64,000 nt of DNA from Lama guanicoe (Eukaryota): NCBI GenBank assembly GCA_013239625.1, contig MU054220.1, forward strand, positions 5,564,626-5,628,625, read 5' to 3'. Every line of letters begins with the position of its first letter. The first letter of the stretch is position 1. Positions 1-11,766 of this stretch are shown here, one piece after another. The notes beneath the pieces were generated by a model. It was not told the origin of the DNA. It saw nothing but the letters and a program-made list of their open reading frames with translations, and searched no databases. Both the position numbers and the translations under genes were made by a program.

Positions 1-659
1 ACAGGAAAAATCAGGTTTTATGGTTTTTGCTTTAGGAAAAAAAAGTAAGTCATTATGCCATTTGCCAATTGACGCAAGTTTACTTCAAACTTAGAAGGGA
101 AAAATTCATGACAGATTATTGAAGTACATTTTTAGCATGTCTGTCATCAAGTTTTAATTCAAATATAATTAAATCAAACAAGCTATAGGGCTCTGATATG
201 TTTCTGACTTGCAGAAATGTTTAACTTAATGAGTGACATTCATGGAGTGTTAAATTAGCATCAGGAAATTTCTTATATACACGATCTGTATCTGCTTGGC
301 AACAAGAAAGATCTAGAAACTTTGAGGCTGTCTTCCTGCATGACAACAATTGGACTGAAGAGTGCTGTACATTTACATAGACCCTGCATTGTCTGCTTTG
401 CCACAGTCTTCACCACTCCCTATTGCTTCTCAACACAGTCGTCAAGGGTCAGTTCCCACTTAACCCCATCCATCTTGACTGTTTGCCCCATTTACACTGT
501 TTTTATGCTTCCTGTGCTGAATCTACTATCTGTGCTTTAGAATATAGCTTCTCTGGGAAGACAATATTTAGTGCTGATAAAATCACACCCTTCCCCCTGT
601 TGCTTCTGGAGCAGAGATAATGTACTACTCATTCTGGATATTGAGTAAGGCAAGCTTTC

Positions 660-1275
660 CGATGTTTGTTCAGGGATTGTGCATTTTGCATAAAAATCCT
701 CCCTTACCATCCCTCCTCAACTTGATTATCCTCTGTTTATCATTTGAACTCACTGCTACAGTCACTTCCACCAGGAAAACTTCCGTAGCCTCAGCCACCT
801 CAACATGCTGGGTTGGCTCTGCTTTATATGTTTTTAAATAGCACCATATGCTCATTTCTGTCAAAGGACTTAATTGCAATTGTTAATTTACTTGCTTACC
901 TATCCCACTAAAACATGAACTTGGAAAACTTATCACCCCTTCTGGATATGCCATGTTCTATCCTGTCACCATGCCTTTGTATATGCTGTTTCCTCTTCCT
1001 CGAATGCCCTCTCCCATCTGCAGCACTCTCCTTGGCGCAGGTAAATGCTACACATCTTTGAGGGCTTCTCAAGCATTGCCTTTTCAGTGAAACTTTCCAT
1101 CGAACCTTTACACTGGCTTGGCTCCCCTAACCAGTACAATGCAATTCTAGACTATGATACCTGTCACAAGGTACTCTGCCTCTCACACTGTCATGTCTTT
1201 GACATGAGAAAGAGCCTTGAGGGAAAATAAGTCTTTATTCTCTATAACTTAAGCATTAAGTGGTATGCCTGGCAT
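660..1275 (+). mobile_element. LINE-2 (L2) 3' fragments, highly diverged
   Basis: Pyrimidine-rich L2-type text (gccttt...tgctgtttcctcttcctcgaatgccctctccc) ending in tggtatgcctggcatgtgatag. Confidence 0.6.
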
Positions 1276-1279
1276 GTGA

Positions 1280-1345
1280 TAGATTTTATATATATATATA
1301 TAATTAAATATATATATATTTTTTAGATTTTATATATATGTGTAT

Positions 1346-1377
<32 letters not shown>

Positions 1378-1378
1378 T
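1280..1378. repeat. compound (TA)n/(TG)n microsatellite
   Basis: Direct reading; tagattttatatatat occurs at 1280 and 1324, and (TG)n at about 1347-1366. Confidence 0.95.
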
Positions 1379-1789
1379 TGACAAAAATCCATCTTGAACA
1401 GTTTGAGGAAAAAAAACACATTAGACATTTGTTTGCCCAGATATCATACAGTACAACTTTGTCATACGAAGGGCAAATTTGCAACTTACAATCGTGCTCA
1501 AAAACTTTGAGCTCATCATGACTATCTCTTCATCTAACAGCTCTAACTAATCAACTTGATTCACTGTGTACTGAGTCCAAAAATCCTAGGAAAGAGCCAG
1601 AATTAGTAGTTTGATTATGGTTTCTCTTCCTTGGACCCACGAACTCCAGCTGGGAGAAAGTCACACATTTTGTAAAGTGGCTACTTGGGTGGTTACCATG
1701 TGGGGAGTGGAGGAAGGGCCAGAAGAGTGGGGGCAGGTCAGGCAAAACAGTATGTCCACTTAATTCCCTGGCTAGATAGTTAGGAATTG

Positions 1790-2559
1790 GTATCTATTTA
1801 ATTGACAGTCACTTATCAAGTATCTATCATATCTAGATACAAAAAATGCAGCAATGAATAAACTAGATAAAGTCATTCCTGTCATACAATGGACAATTTT
1901 TCCATTCATCAAAAAATATTTACTGGGCACCTACTGTATACAAAGGCTGTACTAGGAAGTATGATGAGGTGAAAGTGAACGATGCAAAGATATATTTACA
2001 TCTCAGCTCTCACCAAGCTTCCAACTGAATGGGAAATAAGATGTTTGAACAAGTAACTGTTACACACGACTGGTCAGTCCATTCCTTAGAGCAGACATTC
2101 ACTAAGTATGAAGCACATGCCATTGTGTTAGACACTGAGGATATAAAGATGGATGAGAAACTGGTGTGATTATTAAGATGTTTATAGGCTAGAGCAGGAC
2201 TCTGAGATATAAACAGTTAATTCCAACCTAGAATAATTCAATATTTTCTGACAAAGCTGTATGAAAAAGGAGATATCTTTATGAAGCAAAATGTTTTAGA
2301 AGAATCCAAGAGAGATTGTACAGGTGGCAAAAAATCCTAAACAGAAAGAATAAATCTAATATCAATGGAAGTAGCTGGAGCAAAAATGCAGACACAGGAA
2401 GGTGCAGGATAGATTTTAAAAATGATGACAACCAGTCAGGAATTTTAAAAGAGATGTAGAGGATAAACTTGAAAATGTAAATGGGACCAGACTATAGCAT
2501 CTTAATGAGTTCAGAGTTTTTTGCTTAATAATGAGAAGTCACTGAATGTTTTTGAACAG
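1790..2559 (-). mobile_element. L2 fragments (reverse orientation)
   Basis: cattcatcaaaaaatatttactgggcacctactgtata matches the reverse complement of the L2 3' end; purine-rich body continues after the LTR at 3085. Confidence 0.7.
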
Positions 2560-3084
2560 TCCTGGGGCTCAGCATGGACTGCCCTGAAACATGCCACAAT
2601 GGAATATTGGTTATTTTGAACTAAAATTACTTAAGAAATGGCCAATGCAAAAGGGACACTCCATTCCTCCTTTCTGTCTCCCTGAAAGCAGGAAATAAAT
2701 CTTTCATGTGAAAGGTGCCCTCCCTGCATTCAGAGGTAGGAGGACACCCTTACTGACAGGAAATTCAGGCTGAAAAGGCTATGTAAACAGACCTTGTTGC
2801 TTGTTTAATTTACTATCACAAACCCAAACTCTGGATTCATCACTAATTGAGCACCCCAAACCTAAGTTCCTTTGTCCTATCAATTCCTCACAAACTTATT
2901 GTTTCTCTAAAACATGTAAAAGCTGCCTGCTTTAGCCACTTCTTTGGTCCTATTTCTGAGACCTCTATGTGCACAAACTGAAATGTGTTTATTTTTCTCC
3001 TTTTAATCTGTATTATGTCATTTCTGTTATTAGTCCCAGAAGAATTTAAGAGGGGTAGAGGGTAAAATTTTCCCCTCCCAGGCA
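2560..3084 (+). mobile_element. solo LTR, ERV1 class, MER34-like, inserted in L2
   Basis: Starts with tcctggggctcag...gccctgaaacatgcc...ggttattttgaact and ends with agagggtaaaattttcccctcccaggca; flanks acag/accg resemble a 4-bp TSD. Confidence 0.75.
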
Positions 3085-3254
3085 ACCGGCAGCACCTTGA
3101 CCAAAATGCACTTTAAGTGATTAACTGAAAGATGTCCTAATTCTTGGGTTCCTGCTGGTGGAGCAGGTAGGGTACTATTAGGGGAATGGAAAGAGACAAA
3201 ACAGTCTGTCTAAAAACTACTGTAATGGAGATTATTTTCTCCTTTAATTTCTAT

Positions 3255-3460
3255 TATATTTCATAGCTTTTGAGGGATTTAACTTATATTGCAGCTCTCT
3301 GTGTTATCATCTTTCCAATTAAACAGTAAGCTCTTTGACAATAAGGGGTGTTGCTCATTTTTGCTGCCCCTGGAGCCTCACACAGAGCCCCATTTAAAGT
3401 ATGTTCTAAATAAATACTTATTGAATAGATACTAAACTTGATGGATGAATGAATGAATGG
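3255..3460 (+). mobile_element. L2 3' end
   Basis: cagtaagctctttga...taaataaatacttattgaat...gaatgaatgaatg tail. Confidence 0.65.
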
Positions 3461-3589
3461 GAAAACTGAATAGCTTCAAGGGGGGAAATTAAATATTCTA
3501 TACCCTGAATATTCCTAGCATTTGTTCAAATCTTGAGTGTCATAGGGAGATGGCACATCATGATGCAGATCTTTACTGTTACTTTCTAA

Positions 3590-3770
3590 ATATGTGAATT
3601 GTATGAGTTTCTCTGTTTTCCCGAGTCTCTAATTATTTTTTTTCCTGCTGAAATGAGGCCAGTAATTTTTACTATCTCACAGTGGTAGTGTGAAGATGAA
3701 AAGGAACACTGTATATAAAGCACTTCACTTGTTACTAGCACAAAGTGAGAACTCATTAAGTGGTATGGCT
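3590..3770 (+). mobile_element. MIR SINE
   Basis: Diverged MIR core and 3' end (ctgaaatgagg...tatctcacagtgg...tataaagcactt). Confidence 0.55.
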
Positions 3771-3834
3771 TAATATGCTTTCAAGAGCCTACTAGTGATA
3801 GGGTCGGAAGCAGCCTCTTGCCTTTCCTCATTCT

Positions 3835-4340
3835 TTTATTTATTCATTCATGCATCTTGTATTCAGTCAAAAGTATTAATAAATGCCTATTATTAGGCAC
3901 TGAAGGCACAAGAATAAAAGTGATCTAGCATATCATGCTCAAAGAACTCTCCATATGACAATACTGTTTTTTTTTTTAAAAAAAGATCATTTATAATACA
4001 ATGGAATAAGTACTACTAAAAGGGAATGTATTTGGAGGATGCAATTTTTGAGCAAACCTGTAGTGTGAGAGCAGGCATGGCTAGTTCAAGGAACTGTGAG
4101 TAATTCAATTGGATGGAGCTTCAAGGGCAAGGAAGTGCAGTCATGGGACTGGAGAAGCGAGCCAAGTCAAGTCATGGTAGACATCTCAGTTATTCAGAAC
4201 TTTGGCACCATAGGGCTCTTCCCGTTCATGCTTTCTTCCTTTGGAGGGCTAGCTGGGAAAATTGTTTTGTTTTGTTTTCCTTTTTTTTTTTTTTTGGTAA
4301 TTAGACTGAGGTGAATAAAATATGATTGGGCTGCAGAAGA
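3835..4340 (-). mobile_element. L2 fragment
   Basis: ttattcattcatgc...taataaatgcctattattaggcactg followed by a purine-rich L2 body. Confidence 0.6.
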
Positions 4341-4384
4341 GAGAAAGAAATTACTTCATCAGACTCACCTTCCCACCCTGATAG

Positions 4385-4850
4385 TGTCAACTGAAAAAAA
4401 TGTACAACTTGGGAATTGTGAGTTAAGTTTTATTTGGGGCAATGAGGACTATAGTCCAGGAGACAGCCTCTCAGACAGCTCTGAGGAACTGCTCTGAAGA
4501 GGTAGGAGGGGAGGTCAGTATATATGTGATTTTAGTGGAGGGGGATACATGCAATCAAGCACACATTTTGCCAGAAGGTTGCTGCTCATCACGAGGAGCA
4601 GATGTTTCAGTTAATGACTTTAGTGCTTTTCTAGATATGAGAAGAAGCAAGAAATTGAGCTCATAAAATCTCCTGAAAAGGTCTAAATGTCTAAAGATCT
4701 TTTCTGCCAGTTTTTCCCAGAGCACAGAGCACCTCATTCCTGATCTCCTCCTTGAATTCCTTTTAATAGTGTGTTGAAGGTCAGTGACTACAGTGGCTAG
4801 TGACTTCATTCTTGTAGAAAATGATGCCGAGTGACAATTTTTAGCTGACA
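4385..4850 (-). mobile_element. solo LTR, ERV1 class, MER41-like cetartiodactyl family
   Basis: TG...CA termini with imperfect inverted repeats (tgtcaactgaaaaa / tttttagctgaca); minus-strand TATA at about 4519-4524 and AATAAA at about 4428-4433; caggagacagcctctcagacagctctgagg is typical of this family. Confidence 0.8.
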
Positions 4851-5214
4851 ATCAAAAGAGATTAAAAAAGAAGTCCAAATTAGGATGTATCCAGTCTGAT
4901 ACTTTACCTGAGAAATGGACATCATCCTCTGGTTGGTTGCACTGATTCTGCCCTGGCCACATTGGCATTCTTTGCCAAGTGACATTTATTTTCCAAATGG
5001 TTGCTGTCATTAGCCTATGGCCAGTATTTTGGAATATGCCTGAAATAAGATTGGATAGACAAATGCTCAGTTTTTCGTTCTGGATTATCTCAAGCCAAGA
5101 GGGCAACTTCTGTTGGCAGCCCATGAGCTGGCTGAGACATGCCAAGAGTAAATTATGTCTTCTAAGGCGGTAACTAGCTCATCGAATAAGGGCTACTGAT
5201 AGATTTGTTTGGTT

Positions 5215-5410
5215 CTTCACCTGCGCCAGGGGCTTTACCGACGCAAGGTTATTTAATACAGTGAAGCAGGCGGTATTATTCCTCTTTTATCAGATGATAA
5301 AAACAGCTCAGAGAGGCCAGTGATCTGTCAGTGATCACAAGCCAGTACAGTAAATGGGGAGTTGGATGTAAATCCGGATTTATTTGATTCCTAAACTTGT
5401 GTTTATTCTG
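5215..5410 (-). mobile_element. MIR SINE
   Basis: attattcctcttttatcagatgataaaaacagctcagagagg is the reverse MIR core. Confidence 0.75.
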
Positions 5411-5744
5411 CTGCACCCAAAGGGCAAAAGGTAGAAAATTCGGTTTGCATTCTCACCAGTCCCTTTCTGAGAGGAATGTCCCTCTTTTGTGTGTGCCTGT
5501 GGGAGTGAAAGTTTCAGAGTTTTTTAGAGAAATGGCACCATACTGATCTGCTGCTGAGGGGAACAATGCTATGATGAAACTCAAGGCCGCTATTTACATT
5601 TCATTTTGTCCTCACAGATGTTTTTGGAAAGAGGCCAGGTTCAAATAGCTAAACCACTAACTTCTCCTCAGTGTTCAGACACACGGTATGACAGCCCTAG
5701 AATCTAACAGCAACGTGAGAGAGTTGAGACTGGAATTTCAATTA

Positions 5745-5970
5745 TAAAAATGGGCTTTGTGGCACAGAGGTAGGCTCTATTTCTGGATAAATATTTTACC
5801 TGCTGTGTTTTCCTGGGCAAGTTACTGAACATCTCTGCAGTTCAGATTCCTCATCTATAAAATGATGATACAAGATTACTTTCCTCTCAGATATTTTGAT
5901 GATTTAATGTGATAATTCATGTAAGTGCCTGGCAGATAATAGGCTGTTCATAAATGGTGACTATTATTAG
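5745..5970 (+). mobile_element. MIR SINE
   Basis: ctgggcaagttactgaacatctctgcagttcagattcctcatctataaaatg core and 3' end. Confidence 0.85.
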
Positions 5971-6723
5971 CTAGAAGTCAGAACATTGGGGATCTGATGC
6001 TGGTTCTTCTGTTTGCTTGTTCTTAAACCTTTGCTTAGTCATATCATACTGACGGGCCTAATCTAATGCAAAACCAGTGCATAAAACCCCGAAAAGACAA
6101 AACAACATAACAAATAAAAACAACTCCATAAAATAAGGGGTTTGAATTACTTCCCAACGTTTTCACTACCAGGCGTTCCTTCTCTTAATCTCCATCTACT
6201 CCTTGAACTGCATTTATTAATACTTAATTTGTTTTCCTATTCTTAATTAATCAAAGATACATATATACGTGTGTGCATATATCTGAGTATGCAGCGCAAA
6301 CAATAAGAATTGACCAAAAATAGGAAGACTAAACAGAAACAAAGCAGCAGTAAATCTTGTTAATAAGTCCATGTTTTTATTAATAAATGAGGCCTTGTTT
6401 TGTGTAAATAGTCAATTCCCAATAGGTATTTTTCGAACATCTAAAGTAATTCAAAGATCCTCACTGATGCGTTCTTGGAACTCTGGAGATTTGAGAAGTC
6501 CAGATTTGGCACCACTGGCCTCGTCTAAGGTCCCTTTAGCTAAGTGAGGTCTTCAAAACCTTGGACCTGTCCTTAAAGTTTAATGTTGTTTTTCTCTAAG
6601 CTTCTACTCTTCTTCCTTATAATTTCTGCTAAGCCAATTCACTGTTGCTAGCATTCATGTACTCTGATTATTCCCCCCTCTTTTTGATAATACACACTTT
6701 TAAGGGAAGGGCATCACTCTGGA

Positions 6724-6876
6724 TCCCTGCTACTCAAAGCCAGGTCTGTTGACCTGCAGCATCAGTATCACCAGGCAGCTTATTAGAAATGCTGACTCCA
6801 GACCTACTAAACCTGAGTCTGTAATTGAACAAGATCCCTGAGTGGTTTGTATGTACGTTAAATTTGAGAAGCACTA
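6724..6876. mobile_element. MER5A (hAT-Charlie DNA transposon)
   Basis: ctactcaaag...cagcatcagtatcaccaggcagcttattagaaatgc...ccagacctactaaa...aacaagatccctgagtgg...tttgagaagcact. Confidence 0.85.
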
Positions 6877-6899
6877 GATTAGAATTCAGATTTGAACTG

Positions 6900-7075
6900 A
6901 GTATCGAGCAATTCCCTAGATTTGAATACCTGACCTATTGTCTTTGACAAGCCATTCAACCTCTGTGAGCCTCTGTAAAATAAGGATAAAAGTGCCTGTT
7001 TGTCTTATTTAGAGGTTTTGTTGTTAGTTTCAAGAAAATAAGCAATAATAAAATATTTCATAAGCTTATTAAGTA
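6900..7075 (+). mobile_element. MIR SINE
   Basis: tttgacaagccattcaacctctgtgagcctctgtaaaataagg. Confidence 0.65.
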
Positions 7076-8579
7076 ATCTAAAACCTCAAAATGCATATTG
7101 TTTCATAGTATGTTTCAAAAACATATTCAAAAATGTTTTATAACATTTTTCTCTAAGAATCAGAATGAAAAGTATATTTAAATTCCTTTCACCATTCAGA
7201 AAACTCTTCGGAATCACATCACTATGCCCCGGCATTTCCCTTGGGGATTATGAATCCCTCCCTCAGCTCTGTCCAGACTGAATTAGAGTTATCTGTTTAC
7301 CCATCTGCCTCCTCTTGAGATTTAACTCCTTGAAAACATTAACCTGGAGACCACGTTTGACTTACCCTTGCATTTCTCCTTCCTTCTCTGTGCTCTTCCG
7401 TCTTCTCCCAGTGCCTAGAACAGAGCTGAGTCTTTGTATATGCTTGTTGAGTGAAAAAATGGATACAGTACTACTTGACAGCATCTCTATAAAAAACAAA
7501 GTGCAGCCAGTACACTGAGTACCTGCACCACCTGTTTAATAGGGTTGTTAAGAGAATCAAATGAGACTGGGCATGCGGTGGCCCTATGTGAGCTGTAAAA
7601 CACTGGGTAAAAATGAGAGAGTATTATTAGGCATATGTGGTCTGGCAGGGTCTTACAGATGGCAGTCACCTGTCATTATGAAAACTGTCTTTAGCCGAAG
7701 CCGAAACGGTAGTGACTTCAGAAGCTCTTGAGGCAGTGAATTATAAGCTGTTGCTTCTGCTCCATCGTCAGCCAGAGTTTTCATTTGCCATGTCTGTTTG
7801 CTCCTGGACTGTGTGTCCGCTGTTGTGCTGGCGTGGCACAGCCACCTTGTTAAGCTGGTGTGCACACCCTGCTTTCAGCCGCTGTGGGTGGCCTTCTGGG
7901 GTGCTACATTTGGTTGGCAAGGGCTCTTCCTGTGCCATGTGCTTGCTGTGTTTACATGCTGTGCTGCTTCATTAGGGAAGCTGGCTCAGATTGTTTCGCT
8001 AAAAACAATAAAGCCCACACTGGAATAGAACAGAGTTGAATAGATGTTTATCTTTTTACAGGGCAAATCAATGAGTAATTTTCTGGTTTGAATTTTATAT
8101 TTAACATTCTGTCTGGGGAAATGCTGTCAACCATGTCCTATTCCAAGATGGCTTCCTTAAAGAGATTGTTTTTTTAAAAATCTTGTTTAAAATTCCTAGA
8201 ATATATGATTTCTTTGTTTAAACATTTCCAGGGAGGAGTTGCTCCCCACGTCTTGATCCTGATGTGCAGTCCTCTCAGCAGTGGGCCATGTGGGCAGACA
8301 GGCTTTTTATTCCATCAAATTCAAAACCCAAGGTCTCTCCTCTCTGCATGTCAAAGGCAAGGATGGAAAGACACTTTGACCTGTCAATAATTCACCTACT
8401 GCCCACAGCAAATGAGAGAGATGGGTTGGGGGTGGTCTATGGATGACCAGTGCCTTGTATTGTCATAAACAGTGGAATAGTCCGGCTGAATCTGACTCCT
8501 TTCAATCACTGAGTCACTTCCAATTTGTAAGCTGAGGCCTCAAACTTCAACATCTTTTTTTAAAAAAATGTTCAACTTC

Positions 8580-8990
8580 TGTTCTAGCATCCCAGAGCTG
8601 ATCCTGTCACCCAACCTTATCAATGTATAGACAGAAAAAAATGGAGGCTCAGAGAGGTCGGGTGACTGGTTCAAAGTCACACAGCTAATATCAGCAGAGC
8701 TGGGATGACATCCTCTGCTGGTGAATTAGTCCCATTGTCCTCATAGAGGAATAGCTGGGTTCATGGAGCCTAGGAGGACAGAGGTATTTCACTGACTGAA
8801 CAAAAGTTTGAAGGTAATTTCTAGCTGTGGGATCTTGGGAGAGCTACCTAGATACTTTTGAACACCTCTCATTTGAATTATTCTCATCTATAAATGGGGG
8901 TACCTGTATTATCTCTACGGGTTTTATGTGTGTTAAATGAGATCATATTTATAAACTCTTAGGACACTGTAGGAACATTGGAGAGGTATA
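8580..8990. mobile_element. two adjacent MIR fragments (first on -, second on +)
   Basis: ggaggctcagagaggtcgggtgactggttcaaagtcacacagc, then ctagctgtgggatcttggg...ttctcatctataaatgggg. Confidence 0.7.
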
Positions 8991-9449
8991 GAGACTCCAA
9001 ATAGACGTTTCCCTTTCTAACATATTAGAATTTTGGATTGTACCAATATAGAGTTGTCATTCATCATGTATTAGAAAGTATCTAGATGTTAAGCAAAATG
9101 CAACTTGGAGAATATAACTATATACCATTAAAACTGAGATTTCCTTACAATGAATATAGTAACAGAAAGAGATTTTAACACTGATTTTAGAAACTTTTTA
9201 AGATTGTTTTCAAAGAAGGATCCAACACACTGTAGCAGCCCTCTCTAACTGGGTAAGTTGTGAATACGGGGACAGGCTCTTGTTTTTTCTCTAGGGACAA
9301 AAGAGGTCCTTCAGATGATTTCAAGGGAATTCGTTCTTTATGGCATTGGCACGAGCTTAACCTTGTGCAGGATGACATACTGTAGGTCCAAGCACCAAGG
9401 AAGGCAGCCCTGTGTCATGGAAGCCAATGCTGTCCTGCCTCCTTGGCCA

Positions 9450-10120
9450 GCGCACCGACATGTTAAAGCCGATAGATTTCCAAGTGATCTGATTTCTGGG
9501 CTGTTTCTGGAGCTCAGCGACTCCTTCGGAGCAGTTCTCACAGTCACCTGTAGATGGCGATGTTGCACCAAGAACTTCCGCAGAGACAGTGACAGGCGGG
9601 GGAGCCTCCAGCTGGGGCCTGCTGAGGCTCAACTCTGTGAATCCTGTTTTAAGTTCCTCTGGTTGGTCATAACCCAGCAGTTCCCCTCCTGGGCCCCCTG
9701 CTCGCCTGTCTTCCTCACCCGCTGCAAGTCGGGAAGGAAAGCTCAGCCTCCCCTACCTCCTCCCTACTCTCCTTTTCTTTACAGTGGTCTGTGATTAATG
9801 GCAGCATCAGTGAACGATTGAGAGGGAGAAGGTACTCGCGTAATGGAACAGCAGATAGATTAAATGCAGCCGGGTGCCGAACCTCTTTAGCGAGAGCATC
9901 CTTGCAAATTTGTTTTCCCTTCCTTCCCACAGTGGCCCCCTCCTCAGAGCGGAGGCAGGCACTGCGACTTCATTAATCAAGGCGCTTTGCCGGGGCCGAT
10001 GAATTTGAACAGCAAATTGTCACTTACAATCCTTTGCTGTCTCGTGTATCCCTGAGCACCGGTTATTTCATCGTCACCAATTAATCAAGGCAGCCACAAA
10101 AGCCACCTACAGTTTATTAG
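9450..10120. promoter_or_regulatory. candidate conserved enhancer (CpG-rich, homeodomain motif cluster)
   Basis: 25 CpGs counted in 9451-10073; no recognisable repeat; TGATTAAT at 9792 and ATTAATCAAGGC at 9972 and 10080. Confidence 0.55.
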
Positions 10121-10359
10121 CAGAAAATAGGTTGTCTCTTCCCCAGTGACAAGCTTTTACTGTTGCTTCGAATGTGAAGAGTACCTTTGCTTTAGTTTTT
10201 TGGTTGAGAGACACCCACATTGCTTCTTATCTTCCTATCTTTCTAAGATGATCATTTATCAGACTCTCCCCCAAATCTTATTACATTCCTTGTAAGGACT
10301 GGAGCATCTTGAATGGAAGATTGACAGAAACAAACCCGAGAAACGTACCTTTTTACCTA

Positions 10360-10520
10360 TAATGGTTCTGAAACCTGGCTACATATAAAAATCATTTAAA
10401 GAGCGTTACAAAAAAAACACCCATGGTCTTGGGCCACATCAAAGGCTAATTATGACTGGGTTTTTGGAGCTGCAGTCTGGACATGGATACTTTAAAATTT
10501 CTTCATGTAATTTGCAGTCT
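10360..10520. mobile_element. MER5-family DNA transposon fragment
   Basis: aatggttctgaaacctggctacatataaaaatcatt...gtctggacatggatactttaaaatttcttcatgtaatt. Confidence 0.5.
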
Positions 10521-10789
10521 GACAACTTCTGGAAAAGTTCCTTGCTCCCCTGGCGTTGGTATGTTCATTTATGAAATGAGGCACTTAGATAAGCAATTTT
10601 CATAGTAAAATCATAATCCTCTGTAATTTCCGACTTAGATATTTCGAGGAGCTGCACTTGTCGAAGCAGTAATGTGTGTGTGGAGTTTCAGGGCTGCTTT
10701 AGTGAGGTTGCCTGTCCCTTCCTCATCACATCTCCCCAGAACAGAACAACTTTCGTGGCCAGATACTTGCATAATGCATTTATTCTATT

Positions 10790-11324
10790 CTTCTGTTCAT
10801 TCATTTGTTTATTTCAACAAACATGTATTAAATATTTGCCTCTGGACCAGATGAAATCTCTGCCATCAAAAATCTTAAACGTTCATCAAATACACAAATG
10901 ATGTTTAGTTACAGTTATGATAAGGGCTATGAAGGAAGCATGCAGGATGCTGTGAGAGCAATTGATGGAGAGACTGAATCTAGCTTGAGAGTCATAGAAG
11001 GCTCCCCAGGAAGTGGCACTTACAGGCACTGAGAGATAGGAATTAATTGATAGGAATAGGAGGGGGAACTGGGAAGAGGCAAAGGGTTGTAGGTGAAGGA
11101 ATGGTCTGTGCAAAAGGCCATCGGGAAGAATGTTTATTGTAGGTATTGAAAGGAGCTCTAGGGGGAGAATGTGAAGTCTGGGGCTAAGAGGGAAGGAGGG
11201 ACCAGATTACATGGGGCTTTGTAGGTCATTTTGGGGACTTTATCTGAAAATTACAGGGAAGCTATTCCATAATTTTAAGAAGAGGAGTTAAATGCTTAGA
11301 CTGTGCTTTTAATGACACTACTTT
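10790..11324 (-). mobile_element. L2, part 1 (interrupted by L1)
   Basis: ttcattcatttgtttatttcaacaaacatgtattaaatatttgcc L2 tail; purine-rich body to ctgtgcttttaatgacactacttt. Confidence 0.8.
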
Positions 11325-11766
11325 AGGAGAAGAATTTCTAGAATGGGAAGGTAAGACCCTCAAAAACCTACTCCTTTATAAAGCAATAGTGGCAAGAATT
11401 GCAAAAGTCAACATTTTCAGAACTCTGGAAATTAACCAAAGCTTGCAAAAAATTTGAGGAATGTTTTATTAAGAAAAATGATTGAAGCTCGGTAAGAACA
11501 GTGAGATTGTGGTATTTTAACTTGCCTTCTTCCTATTACCACTCCCCAGCTCTTTAGTACTTTTGAAGAGCAGCAGTCTTGCAACGATGGTAGCTATGAA
11601 ATCCAGAAGGCTGGTAGCCACTGGAGGGGGCACACAGGATATGGAGCCTCTCAAAAAGCTTTATCTTCAGAGAGTTGTCACTATTTGACCTGCCTAGAAT
11701 CTCCCTGGAAAAAAAACAAAAAAAACAAAAAAAACAATCACAGGGCTTGTTTTATTTGATCTGACT

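Noticed and set aside
9315..9794. Longest ORF in the track (159 aa)
   Set aside because: No recognisable domain; it overlaps equally long antisense ORFs, as expected from locally high GC with fewer stop codons.
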